The position numbers and the translations under genes are program-made. From Paraphysomonas bandaiensis (lineage: Eukaryota; Protista; Chrysophyceae): DNA of 64,000 nucleotides. The notes beneath the pieces are model-generated. The model was not told where the DNA came from. It searched no databases and was given only the letters and a program-made list of their open reading frames with translations. The stretch lies in the NCBI GenBank assembly GCA_965644295.1, contig CBFFRP010000169.1:187721-251720 (forward strand), written 5' to 3'. How positions within the stretch are numbered: the first letter of the stretch is position 1; each line of letters begins with the position of its first letter. Positions 23,457 through 35,810 of this stretch are shown here, in pieces.

Positions 23457-24461
23457 TTACTTGAGTATATGGTGAATCAGACAACGGAAAGCTTTCTTGT
23501 CGGCCTTCGATTTTCCTCGAAAAAGGTTCCAAACTGTGGCTTCGATAATGTCAGCTTTAGCATGATCGCTGTCACTGTCTTGAAGCCAATTCGACTCACC
23601 AAAAACATCATAAACTGCTGAGAATTTTGTGTTTGTGCAAGCATTAGTCACGGATGTCTGAACATCGCTGCTTTTTTTCTTCACCTCGTTGACAGCAAGC
23701 AGAAGATAGATTAACCTATCGCCGCAAAATTTAGAGGTAGAATAAGCGTCAAGATCTGGTGCACGTTGATCATTTCTGCTGTTGATCGTTATCTTCATGG
23801 CATCTTTCACAAGACTCTTTGCGTTTTCTTTTGGACTAGTACACAGATCACTGACCACATCGCCATAGCTTCTCTTTTCTTTGGTCGTTGCCTTTTGTTT
23901 GGCCTTTTGCTTGGCCTTTTGCTTTGGCTTTACCTGTTGTATGTTGCCAGGAGAACGGCCTGGGGACCACAATTCATTGTTAGCACTGGAAAGAGCACTT
24001 TTGACTTCTTCCAAGGTTTGGACATTTCTGCAGTGTACGGCATCTTTCAATGCGTTTTCTATATCTGGATACTCAGAACCTGAGCTCTGAGGCCAATACA
24101 CAATCACCTCTGCTGGTGCCTTAAAAAGAGTACTGACAGTTGAGGCAAACACATCGAACCACGTTGTAAAGCGCCGGGAAAGGGGATTACATACAAGTAC
24201 AATAGCCGCCTTTGTGACGTTATCTCTCTTCAAAGCATTGCTCAGTTGTTCAGTGGAGCTGCTATGGTTCTTTGAGTCAAGCCCAACCGTATCATAATAC
24301 GTATAACTGTCATCAGCAAACGTGTTAACTTTTTCTGTTCCGTCTTTGAACGGATCACTTGAGACATTAGCAGCAGTACTCACACCAGTGCACTCGTTGA
24401 TAAACGTGCTTTTGCCTACACCAGCAGCACCAAGAACGATCACAGCAGTATTAGAGCTCAT
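23457..24461 (-). CDS. P-loop GTPase (AIG1/GIMAP-like G domain) fused to a C-terminal RNase III-like domain, 334 aa, intronless
   Basis: G1 GAAGVGKST, G2 T, G3 DTVG. The C-terminus has SKFCGDRLIYLL (cf. LEFLGD) and KADIIEA (cf. ADxxEA). Confidence 0.75.
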   Translation of the reverse strand: MSSNTAVIVLGAAGVGKSTFINECTGVSTAANVSSDPFKDGTEKVNTFADDSYTYYDTVGLDSKNHSSSTEQLSNALKRDNVTKAAIVLVCNPLSRRFTTWFDVFASTVSTLFKAPAEVIVYWPQSSGSEYPDIENALKDAVHCRNVQTLEEVKSALSSANNELWSPGRSPGNIQQVKPKQKAKQKAKQKATTKEKRSYGDVVSDLCTSPKENAKSLVKDAMKITINSRNDQRAPDLDAYSTSKFCGDRLIYLLLAVNEVKKKSSDVQTSVTNACTNTKFSAVYDVFGESNWLQDSDSDHAKADIIEATVWNLFRGKSKADKKAFRCLIHHILK

Positions 24462-24915
24462 CCTATTAAGTATGTAATCTTATATAGATGTCTTATTGAA
24501 GGTTTAAATGAGTGGTTTAATATGTTGCATGCATAACAGTGTATATACCTCATGGTTGCATTGAGATCTTGAGATGGATATATAGGGACAGTTAGAGGTG
24601 AATATTTATATATAGAAAAATACGTAGAAAATCGTACTGATAGAGAGGAGTCTGGATATTCAGACAGCGACACACGCACAAGCAAATGGGAGACTATGGG
24701 GATATATAGCCAATCATATCTCCTGTAACTGTATTGGTGATATATGATTGGACAGATGTGTTTTGTCCTTTTTCTGGATGATTAACGTCTGCGGTATGGC
24801 GTGATATGCTACAGACTGCTGTGTCCATAGCACAACATCACATACAGTAAGAACAGAACACATATACATATACATACAGCCAGATACTGAAGACATCAGC
24901 CAACATCTGAGCGTG

Positions 24916-25731
24916 ATGGACTTCAAGGATAAAGTATGGCACACTGTGCAGTCCATGTATCACTTTATTGAAGCTGAAGGTACGGACAGAGATATCTTGA
25001 AGAGACAAATAGCAAACACTTCATTTTTCACAACATGTAACACAGATCGACCACAAATAAAATCATGTATTTTGACACGAAAATTGTGCTTTATTGACCT
25101 GATTATACCTCATGGCGTGACGCAAATCAGACAGCTATATGACGATGATGTGAATACACGAGAGTTCTATATTAAAGATCTTGTCTCACTTATGTGGACG
25201 GGATCAAAACAAGTTGACAGCAACAACCAGCTTATGGATGATGAACTTATTGCCATATCTGTTCAATGTGAAGAGGCGGTAATAAAAAAGCGCTGGATAC
25301 ACTTACTAACGACTTTTTATGCCAAAGTAATATTACTTCAACGAAGTCAACATGTCGATAGGCCTCATACTAAACGGAGATATGCAGAGAATATGACGAA
25401 TATTTATATTGGAAGATATTCTTTGGGACATATTGCCGTGAAGGGGAAAACAGTCGGTGATATTATCACTGATTGTGGACATGAGGATACCTTTCCTTCA
25501 GGAAGCAAAAAACGAATTATTATTGATGACGGCGTTAAGTATGAGTTAAATACGGTATATATGCCTAAGAAAGACTTTGGCGATTACAAAGCTGATGTAT
25601 ATTTTACCCCAAAGATGATAACTTGTATTGAAAATCATATTCAGTATCATTTAGGGAATGAAGTAAATTCCACTACCGTTCTCCATGCCAAGACTGCTGA
25701 AACAAAATATTTGGACAAGATGGAATATTAA
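24916..25731 (+). CDS. Hypothetical protein, ~271 aa, intronless
   Basis: Long ORF with globular composition, divergent from the GTPase gene. Confidence 0.55.
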   Translation: MDFKDKVWHTVQSMYHFIEAEGTDRDILKRQIANTSFFTTCNTDRPQIKSCILTRKLCFIDLIIPHGVTQIRQLYDDDVNTREFYIKDLVSLMWTGSKQVDSNNQLMDDELIAISVQCEEAVIKKRWIHLLTTFYAKVILLQRSQHVDRPHTKRRYAENMTNIYIGRYSLGHIAVKGKTVGDIITDCGHEDTFPSGSKKRIIIDDGVKYELNTVYMPKKDFGDYKADVYFTPKMITCIENHIQYHLGNEVNSTTVLHAKTAETKYLDKMEY

Positions 25732-26824
25732 ATATCAGTGCCTACCAAGAGAAATAACTTGACAGTAACCTTCTACCAACTCAAAACTTGCCTCAGTTAC
25801 AACTTGATATATCTTTCAAATCGCTGTTGTCTCATTTCTCATTTATTGCAACACTAGTAGTAGGAATATTCGCAGCCATTGCGTGGGATATATGACATTT
25901 ACCCATATGAAGTTCGTGCGTTTGTACCACAAGAGAAGATATTCCAGCAGTATTCTTTTAGACATTTTGTAAAACAATTTCTTGCTCTAGTTCTGCCTTT
26001 TAGACAAGTGGTTACATGCTAATAAAGTCCTAAAATTACTTGGGTTAAAGGCAAGCCAAAATGTAAATACAAATACTTTATGAGTTATTAGACATCCATG
26101 GTACATACAAACAAGAGTACTTGTATGAGAATAGATAACATAACTTTATCATGTAAAATTCACCCTAAATTATTGGGAAGCAAGCTTTCTAAAAGCTCCG
26201 GCTACTGATGATTCCGCACACTAGCCTTCCTGTCACCTTCATATGTTGAAGCGTTATATGTATTGCCTGCCAAATGTACCAGTGTCGAAATGAGCTAATC
26301 ACATATAAAATTTATATATTTAATCATTACTTCAGCCTCCCATATGGGCTTTTCACCTACCGTAGAGTGAGTTGAAAGGCTTTTTATTGTATTTCATTAG
26401 AATTTAGAAGATGTGTACATATGTATAACACATACTGGTGGTTGGTATAATGGTGGTTGGTATAAGAGTTACATTATATTCTCTTCATACCTCAAATGAT
26501 CAGATACCCCTTTGGAGATAGTGAAGCAAATTTCCGGAAGTGGCAACTCATCGCAACAATGTGTATTGTAAATGTTTTTGCCAAATGTACAGCATGTTAA
26601 CGTACACGTAATACACTGTCGGAATGGGGAAGCTATATATAAAACACGTATACATAGAAAAAATATACTTATAGTACTACACATTCCTACCATTAAAGGA
26701 AAAAAAAGCCAACCAGAATTGCTTTCAAAACACAATAGTTTACTATGAATTTATTGTGAGACCAGGCCAATACAAAAAAATTACATTGCATGGGCACTAC
26801 TAGTGATACAACATATACACCAGT

Positions 26825-27376
26825 CTATCCGATCGTAGTGTATTTATTAGGGTTCTGGCCGTTTCTCTGTGCCAACTCCACCGCCATCTGTGTGATGGCA
26901 CAAGGCGAGAACATGCAACAACAAGAGACCAAGCAATCTTTCAGCATGACATCATCGTCAACGGGTGCCGGTTTCGACGGTACTGCACCATCTTTAGTGT
27001 CTTCACGTAGATACCTGTACCTTATTTGTTGGCGCAGTTGGTAGACATTAGGTGGGAAGAGACAGTCAACTATAGAGCACTCGCGATACTCCATAGACGA
27101 CTTCATAGATGCAAGAGGGACACAAGGGACACAGCAGCTGATGAAGGTGATATCTGCATACTCAGAGAAGACCTTAGGGTCATAAAGAGACATCCCAAAC
27201 CCCGGCGAGAGGGAGTTTATGGGGTCAGAGTCAGAGTCTACTGGATCTGTCTGTTGACCCTCTGATTGTGTGGGAGGACGACTGCTACTGCCCTTGTTCT
27301 CTTCTGAGGGCTGCACTGATACAGGCTCCTCACTCTCGACTAGACTGTCACTCAGTGTGTCGTTTGTAGACATCAT
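26825..27376 (-). CDS. PLAC8-family cysteine-rich protein
   Basis: SCCVPCV...LRQQIRYRY...DCLVSCCCMFSPCAITQMAVEL. Confidence 0.85.
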   Translation of the reverse strand: MMSTNDTLSDSLVESEEPVSVQPSEENKGSSSRPPTQSEGQQTDPVDSDSDPINSLSPGFGMSLYDPKVFSEYADITFISCCVPCVPLASMKSSMEYRECSIVDCLFPPNVYQLRQQIRYRYLREDTKDGAVPSKPAPVDDDVMLKDCLVSCCCMFSPCAITQMAVELAQRNGQNPNKYTTIG

Positions 27377-27461
27377 ATTTGAAGTAGGAGGGTGTTAATC
27401 GTCCCTGGTAATATAAATACCAAACCTCATATCCAACATACCACCATACACTGTATGGTAC

Positions 27462-27950
27462 ACATACCTACCTACCTACCTACCTACCTACCTACCTACC
27501 TACCTACATACCTACCTATACATACCTACATACCTACATACCTACATACCTACATACCTACATACCTACATACCTACATACCTACATACCTACATACCTA
27601 CATACATACATACATACATACATACATACATACATACATACATACATACATACATACATACATACATACATACATACATACATACATACATACATACATA
27701 CATACATACATACATACATACCTACATACATACCTACATACCTACATACCTACATACCTACATACCTACATACCTACATACCTACATACCTACATACCTA
27801 CATACCTACATACCTACATACCTACATACCTACATACATACATACATACATACATACATACATACATACATACATACATACATACATACATACATACATA
27901 CATACATACATACATACATACATACATACATACATACATACATACATACA

Positions 27951-27982
<32 letters not shown>
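27462..27982 (+). repeat. (TACA)n/(TACC)n compound microsatellite, ~520 bp
   Basis: Direct observation. Confidence 0.97.
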
Positions 27983-28111
27983 CGTATCTGATCTTGCGTA
28001 TGATTTGTGCGCTGTGTTATTCAGTGGGATGTGCACATAACTTTCTTCTCGTATCATCTGCTCACGTAACTTATATCCATATACAGTTATTCCTTATAGC
28101 AGAGTGTCGTC

Positions 28112-29888
28112 ATGATAGGACTCTTCCACCCCCATATGATGGTCAATAGACAGGGAACAGAGACCTTAGATAGACCCACCAACAACTATGATATGGCGGG
28201 TGTCCCAAGAGGCCACTGGTCATCGGGTTTATTCGGGTGTCTGGAGAATATAGTGCCATCCTGTATACTGGCCTTCTGCTGCACTCCTGTGCTGTGGTCT
28301 CAGGTGATCTGCTGCTGCATACAGTGTATGTTATACAGTGTAGAGTGGATGCTATAGAGTGCATATCGTAGAGTGCACAGTATATAGTGTACAGTGGATG
28401 CAATATGCTGTATAGTGGATAGTACATAGAATAGTGTAGAGTGTACATCATATAGTTGATATTTTCTGGTAGATAGTGTATTGTGGGCGGTGTATTTTAT
28501 ATGATGTATGTTATATTGTATATAGTGTGATAGTGGATAGTTCATGGGATGGGACATGTGGTGTGGATATGAGTTCACTATACGGCTGATGTAGGTGGCT
28601 ATAAGATCTCAAATACCAGCACTTGTGGACTTAAAGAACTACTCCCATATTTCCCGACGAACTTCCGGGTATGTTTGCACGGTTACTTATCCCTAAGATT
28701 CAATTTAGTTTGTATAGGTACCACTGCTTGGTTGATTTATATGTCCTATTTATGGTGGTTGGTCTCCTGTTCCTTGCACTTTGCGTGATATTTTGGGGCG
28801 TTCCGTATGTGGGATATTTGTTTCTACTGCTAACACTGTTTACACTGGCTCCATTTTATTATATCCTTGGACACCTCCGAACTGCTTTTCGAATGAAGTA
28901 AGTAACAAGCTATATGCCTCATTGTAGTACCACGTCACTATATATACCGTCCTAAGGTTCTCGAGTAAGTAAATTCCCTGCAGGTATTCTATTCCGGGAT
29001 ATTTTCCTGAAGGAGCCGAGGCGTGGGATTGTGTTTTAGACGTAGTTATTGGGATATTCTGTCATCCATGTTCTCTATCTCAGGTGAATATTGCGCGTGG
29101 GTGGGTGTCATATATCATATTACTTTTCTTGGAGTGCTATCTCGTGAATGTTGTATTCAGTATCACAGTGTATATGAGTAGGTTAATTTGTGGTCTATAT
29201 CTTTAGCTGCACTATCTACGCGTTATTTCATTTCACATTACTCATGATGCAGTGATTATACTTATATATTATCATCTGCATTAAAGGCGCACTGTATGAT
29301 TTGCTTTTGACATGTACCAGATGGCAAGGCATGTCTTCCAGTACCAGAGATGGGACCCCGAAATCGGCCTTTTTCTCGGGGACCCTAGTACCCTCCCGCC
29401 CCTAGAGGGGGATTTCAGACGCCCGCCTGTGAGTCGATATATTATAGTGGGATATTCTTTAGTTTGATGGATACTTTATTGATTCAGGAGGCGGATAATG
29501 CAGGGTTGGCATGGATCAATGATACTCCCCTACCAGGCAGAGAAGGGTATGGGCAGGTGCGTACCGTTTAAGAGTAGAATTTACATTGAGTAGTGCAATG
29601 CGATTTTGTAGCACAATTAACATGGTTTTGTTTCTCTGTCTTTTGTTTAGTTGCACTCTTATGTTTAGACGCTTCTTATTTTCCGTGTTGTGATGTCAGG
29701 GGTGGCAGCATAGGCCAGGTGGGGCAGGTTCTTCGCAGCGCTCTCAGCATCCTACATTTGCAACGCCATCCCGTATGGAGGACAGAGAAGAAGCGCCGCC
29801 AGTTGCGCAAGCCGAACGGGTTCACGAGAATCATGGGCATGGTGGAGCAGTGTATGGGGCTGATGGGAAAGTCATTAGATCTCACTAG
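28112..29888 (+). CDS. PLAC8-family membrane protein, spliced (exons ~28112-28303, 28595-28668, 28718-28898, 28984-29083, 29321-29428, 29488-29556, 29700-29888; start uncertain)
   Basis: WSSGLFGC...CILAFCCTP, LRTAFRMKYSIPG, DVVIGIFCHPCSLSQMARH, joined through in-phase GT-AG introns. Confidence 0.8.
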
Positions 29889-30297
29889 TTGTTAATGTAG
29901 ATTAATCCGTCAGTGCAAATTGTAGTACTCACAACGATGTATAAAGTTTTCTTGTTGTATTACATTTCGTAATATTTCTTGTTATAATATAAGGATGTGA
30001 ATTGTATTTAAGTTAGCTTAAATTACCTAGCAAAGTAAATTATTTCATAAGTGTTCAAAATATTTTATTTAAAAGCTGTCAACAAGTACTGTGTGTTGAA
30101 ATAGTACAGCACTCGATTTAAATTATATACTCTCTACGTGATGCCAAAGTGTCGTGTTTACCTTCTCTCATGTGCCATTCTGAAATTTTGTATTTTCTTG
30201 CTGCCTACAGATATTGACAGCATTTCACACTTCACATGAATATATCAGTTAATGTCAATATTTATATCAATCTACAGTTACAATGGTACCAATGATT

Positions 30298-31763
30298 TCA
30301 CGCTGAATTTCCCACAGCAATAACGACCACAGAAACCATTAATGTACAAAATGAAGCAATATTCCACCGTAAACTTTTCGATGAAGAGTCATTGAACTCA
30401 CCTACACAATTATTCGTTAACTTAATATTTTCAAATTTAAGTGAACAACAATACCGAGCAAGCAGCTCCAGACCTATTGTTAAATAATGATTCATTAACA
30501 CACAAATCATAGCATTATAGTCAACGACATATACCTGCCCAGTAGCCACCGTTGTTATCATAATAAGCGGCCAAGCAATGCCCTCTCCTAATGGCCCCAT
30601 AAGAGTCTGTGAGTAACCATAAATTATAATGTGCGCCATCCAGACTATGGCCATTAACGCACAAACACAAAGACGAAAAAACAGTAATTTCCAAGAGAAG
30701 GAAGAGGTGGAACGCTCTAATGATATTTGAAACGAAAATGGGCTCAGCGTTTCGTCATCCTGAGGCTTGTCAAAATCATTACTTGCAGATGAACAAACGG
30801 TACAAGCATCACCGATATACAGCCTCCATGTACCCTACATTTACAATTATATTCTCCCACAAAGTCATACGAAGTTTACAGCCATGTAGTCAATGTACGA
30901 TATTAATACGAGCTACTGTGAAAGCAAGTTTATACCTTTTCAATGAGAAGAAACATAGGGTATATAATATTAGCAACTGCACCAAGACAAAAAGCAAGTA
31001 GCCATATTGGCTGAGATGAATTCACTGACGATACACCCAAATTTTCTGCCGTACGAACTATTGGGGAACCAAATACAAATGCAAATTGAAGCTGAGAAGC
31101 AAATATCCCACCTATTATAGCTACTATGACTCCTTTAAATCGATTCCTAAACACCGAATCTTTCTGAGTTTTGCATTGTACAGCTGATATACTATTCTGA
31201 TTCTCATCAATACAAGACGTTATGGAGGCCAAAGTGTTTTCGTTTTTAAGGCTACCAGCGACCGCACTTAAAGCAAATCCAGCCGATCCAATACATATTC
31301 CAACCACTGTCAAACTAAAGGCAGTGGTATGAGACTGATTTAAATGAGAATACAACAAAGGAAGCAATGTCCCCAACACCAACACAACACCCATAAGCAA
31401 TGAGGTCCCTATAGCTAATCCCAGTAACTTAACTGCAAGTCCAAACATGAATGAGCCGATTCCCCACATGAGACTAAAGACACACACGAGTATAACAACA
31501 GAAGGCTTCACGTCTATGTAACATGAGCTCAATGTATGCATATCAATAACACTGAGAGTGTATGTAATGGACAGGAGGACAGAGAAGAGTGTGTATATAA
31601 GCCATACGTTCTCCCAGTCCCAATAACTACACGTGTATAAGGGACTGGACACTAGACGGACTATACGAGGACAATGAGGTTTGAGAGGGAGTTGCCATGA
31701 GCCATTGCATATGCCTGCGAGGATGCATAGGCTACAGCCGAGTGGGAAAGTATATGTGCTCAT
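30298..31763 (-). CDS. RhaT-like L-rhamnose/H+ symporter family (DMT superfamily) transporter, spliced in its 3' part
   Basis: LAGICNGSWQLPLK, WENVWLIY, LGLAIGTSLLMG...LGTLLP, KGVIVAIIGGIF, LGEGIAWPLIM. Multiple TM segments. Confidence 0.75.
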
Positions 31764-32251
31764 GATATGAGTTGTGGAGTATATATACATGGATGAGAGG
31801 GTTAGACTGTTAGCTAGCACTGCATCCATAGACGTACAGCAGGACACTGTAGCAGTGTAGCAGTACACACTGCCGTACATGTCTACCACATAGTGTACCA
31901 TTCTACTTTTACACTCCACTGGTACACAAGTACATATCATACCACAACCATCCTCCACTGCACATATGATACGAACTGAAAATATTAAACTTGACCTCTA
32001 AAGATCCTCAACTCAACCTAATCGAATTGTTTTTGTATATGACAAGTCAGGTAGGGTCTCTCTCGTCTGTTGGTGTACCCATATACATATATATATACAG
32101 GTGTAGGCTGAGGTTAGTATATATATCACTATATCACATAACTTTATGCAAACATATATATACATTGCAGACCAATTCCTTCCCTCTGCGTATATACCCT
32201 CAACCGGAAGTGCATTCCCCTTCCACTGATAGTTAGATAATAGTAAATCAG

Positions 32252-34409
32252 ATGTTACAAGCCGCATATTTAGTCATACTCTCTTCACTGAGTCTCACCA
32301 GTGGCTTTTATCTGCCTGGTGTGGCCCCTCATAACTTTTACGCAGGGGAACCTGTGGAACTAAAGGTCAACAAGCTCAGGTATATATTTCAATACAAATA
32401 ACTGATTCATTATTAAGTTTATATGTATGTATATGTATGTAGCTCTGTACGCACTCAACTGCCATATGATTACTACTCTCTTAAGTACTGTAAGCCCACT
32501 GAAGGTGTGCAATCAGAGTCAGAGAACTTAGGAGAGTTCTTACGAGGAGATCGTATAGAGAATTCTCCTTATAAGGTATTTATCGTTAATATGAGTAGGT
32601 TTTAGTGCTAATTAATATGCTCAGATTGAAATGCTCGAAGAAGAGTTTTGCAAAGTTGTGTGTCAGGTGTCTCTGTCGAATGCTGATGTTGGCACTTTTA
32701 AGAAGACTATCAAGAATGCTTACCACAACAACTGGATTGTTGACAACCTTCCCGCCGCCTCTATACTTGATTCGGATCATTTTATCACCACTCAATACGT
32801 TGGGTTCCCCGTAGGATATAAGGAGGCCAACACGTACTACCTATACAATCATGTCAACATTGTATTGGAATATTCTACGGTTGAAGAAGATGGACATCGC
32901 ATTGTAGGGTTCTACGTCGAGCCACTTTCCATCAAGCATCGTTTTGTGGGTGGGAAACTTTGGGATGGCCGTGGAGAGCCACCATCTCTTGCGGCATGTC
33001 GGGATGGCGAGCATCTAGAGTTCGATAGTAACCGAGACGCTCAGAGGGTCGAGTCTGGGGCTTTGGTTTACACTTACGACGTTGAGTGGCGCGAGAGCTC
33101 TGTTCAGTGGGCGAGTCGTTGGGACGTGTATCTCTCACAGAACAATGCCGTATCGGACCGTGTTCATTGGTTTAGCATTGTCAACTCTGTGCTTATCGTA
33201 ATGTTTTTGGCATTTATGGTAGCCATGATCCTTGTACGCACTCTTAACCGGGATATCAGCAAGTATAACAGAGTCATGACGGATGAAGAGAAGGCTGACC
33301 AGGCAGAGGAGACTGGATGGAAGCTTGTACATGCTGACGTTTTCCGTCCCCCAACTCAATACCCAATGTTGTTCTGTATATTTGCTGGTACTGGGATGCA
33401 GATGTTTGTATGTGCGCTATTTTTGATCGTCTTTGCTGCGGTGGGATTTTTGTCTCCTGCTAACCGCGGATCTCTAATGATTGCTCTGCTACTAATTTTT
33501 GTGTTGCTGGGCTCCTTGGCTGGTTTTACGTCAGCACGGCTGTATAAGACTTTTAAAGGCAAGCAATGGCAACGTTGCACCTTGTTGACTGCCACTCTAT
33601 TCCCGGGCATCTGTTTCACTGTGTTTTTTATCCTTAATGCTGTTGTGTGGTCTTACGGATCAACCGGTGCAATCCCAGTTCTCTCTATGTTGGCTATTCT
33701 AACACTCTGGTTTGGCATTTCTGTCCCGCTTGTGTTCATTGGGGCATATTTCGGATACAAAAAGGATGCACTCACGTTCCCTGTGGTGACTTCTAATATC
33801 CCTCGCCAAATTCCTACACAACCGTGGTTCCTTGAGACTACTCTTACAACACTTCTGGGTGGTGTCTTGCCATTTGGTGCATGCTTCGTGGAGATGTTCT
33901 TTATCATGTCATCTGTTTGGATGGATCAGTACTACTACGTGTTCGGTTTCCTGTTGCTGTCATTCATCATTCTTACTATCACATGTGCAGAAGTCACTAT
34001 TGTTCTCTGCTACTTCCAACTGTGTGCAGAGGATTACCGATGGTGGTGGCGGTCGATGATGACATCCGGGTCAACCGCGCTGTATGTATTTCTCTATGCC
34101 TGCTTCTATTTCTACAGGCTGGAGAGCAACATGACTGTCACCTACTTTCTGTACTTCGGATACATGGGTATCATTTCGCTGGGTACTTTTCTGATCACAG
34201 GTAAGATGTACTGGTGTATGCTATTAACTGCTACAAATTTCTGTTAAAATACGCTGCCCTGCATGCGCATACTGTAATGTTTGTGTAATGTCATAACCTT
34301 GTTCAATGAATTATGATTTATTGGCTGATATATATTTTTAGGTGCAATCGGATTCTTCGCAGCTCTTTACTTTACTTATAGTATCTACGGGTCCATCAAA
34401 GTTGACTAA
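32252..34409 (+). CDS. TM9SF: Transmembrane 9 superfamily (nonaspanin/EMP70) protein; exons 32252-32379, 32443-32575, 32626-34200, 34342-34409
   Basis: Signal peptide plus FYLPGVAP; ENLGEFLRGDRIENSPY; WASRWDVYL; GWKLVHADVFRPP; EDYRWWW; C-terminal KVD. Confidence 0.96.
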
Positions 34410-34994
34410 ACTATCGATCACATCGTTTCAAGCCAGTTCCTGTGAATTGTGATGCAGGAACGTTAATTCGAGTTGTGTCTTGTAGCTATTTGATTAGAAA
34501 CTGGTTTAGAATGTAGAGTGATCAATGATATCATTTCGGAGTTACATTGAGAGTTTAATTAAACTATTTCTTCCTGTCAGTTAAAAGCGAGTATTTTATC
34601 CTTTACTGAAGAAAGAAAATTGCAATATATAATTAAATATGTCATCTTAAGGCGGCCTCATTGCTACTTGATGCATACTTGATATTAAGTAATTGAACTT
34701 GAATATACAACACATTCTCAATTCATTAAAATTGTGATAACATCTCTCATCATTCAACGATATTCGCTAAGCCTATGTCATCACAATCTTGAATAGCGAC
34801 AAGGGAAGAAAGAGCAATCAGATCCAATTAAGTAACGTTGTGTGTGAGAGTATAAAAAGTATACCCCTTTTGGGGTATTCGTACATAAATTTCAGAGTTA
34901 TTATCTGCTCCTAAAATCCATAAAAAATTATAATTAATATCAGCTCACATTCCAGCAATGCCACATTCATGTTTCACGTAACATTAAAGTATAG

Positions 34995-35810
34995 CTAGGG
35001 ACGGAGCTGAACTGTAACATCACATGTATCGTTATCATCCCCAGTCCAGTTAGTAAACCTGGCTGTTAGTCTATCTCTAGATTTGACATTTCGAGATAGA
35101 GCTATGGCCCCTGTCATTACTACTTGGCCTTTATGTAACATCTTATTCCTTTCGTTAAGTGAATTCGCCAACCAGGCTAAGGCCTGCAATGGGTTACCCA
35201 ACACATCAGACCCAAATCCCGATGATACTAGATCATCGTTAATTAAAATATCAGCCCTCAACTTAGAGAGTGTATCAAAACCACCAAGTAGTTTGTCTCT
35301 GCTGCAACTCTGGGACCCAAGTATAACACAACCATTCATTGCAAAATCAGCCACAGTGCCAGGGGCGGGTAAGGGAGATGTTGTAATCCGTGCTGAAGCT
35401 AATTCAATCGCTGGAGTTATACACTCTATTCGTTTTAAAACATCTTCTGCAGTATATCCCTTTTTAATAGGAGGGAAACTATCAGATAAAACAATTGCAA
35501 TCTCCGCCTCAACGGCTTTAAATACAGGTCCCAAAGAGGACATAGACACATCACTGCCCTCATGTATTGACCGTTCAAATAACGGACCATAAAACGGACC
35601 AAATCCAAGAGTTTTTTGAACTGCGCTACTTGTAGCTGCTATCTTCCATCCACAATGATCTCCCAGTAGACTCTTATCGCTGATAAGGATCATCTCATCG
35701 TGTGTTTTATATGCATCTGAGAGGGATAAGAGACCCTCTGGTAACTCCACTGGAATAGCAGAGGCTCTTGCATGAAGGAGGGATCTTGCTGCGGTGTGGA
35801 GGAGAGACAT
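34995..35810 (-). CDS. 2-keto-4-pentenoate hydratase-like (MhpD/FAH family), intronless
   Basis: GWKIAATS, VEAEIAIVL, PAIELASAR, VLGNPLQALAWLAN, GQVVMTGA. Confidence 0.85.
   Translation of the reverse strand: MSLLHTAARSLLHARASAIPVELPEGLLSLSDAYKTHDEMILISDKSLLGDHCGWKIAATSSAVQKTLGFGPFYGPLFERSIHEGSDVSMSSLGPVFKAVEAEIAIVLSDSFPPIKKGYTAEDVLKRIECITPAIELASARITTSPLPAPGTVADFAMNGCVILGSQSCSRDKLLGGFDTLSKLRADILINDDLVSSGFGSDVLGNPLQALAWLANSLNERNKMLHKGQVVMTGAIALSRNVKSRDRLTARFTNWTGDDNDTCDVTVQLRP

Noticed and set aside
27392-28057. Long ORFs of HTYI/MYVC repeats (also 40679-41641)
   Set aside because: These are translations of TACA/TATG microsatellites, not genes.
35083-35592. Antisense ORFs over real genes (also 43603-44121, 41928-42448, 36281-36649)
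   Set aside because: Shadow frames of well-supported opposite-strand CDSs.
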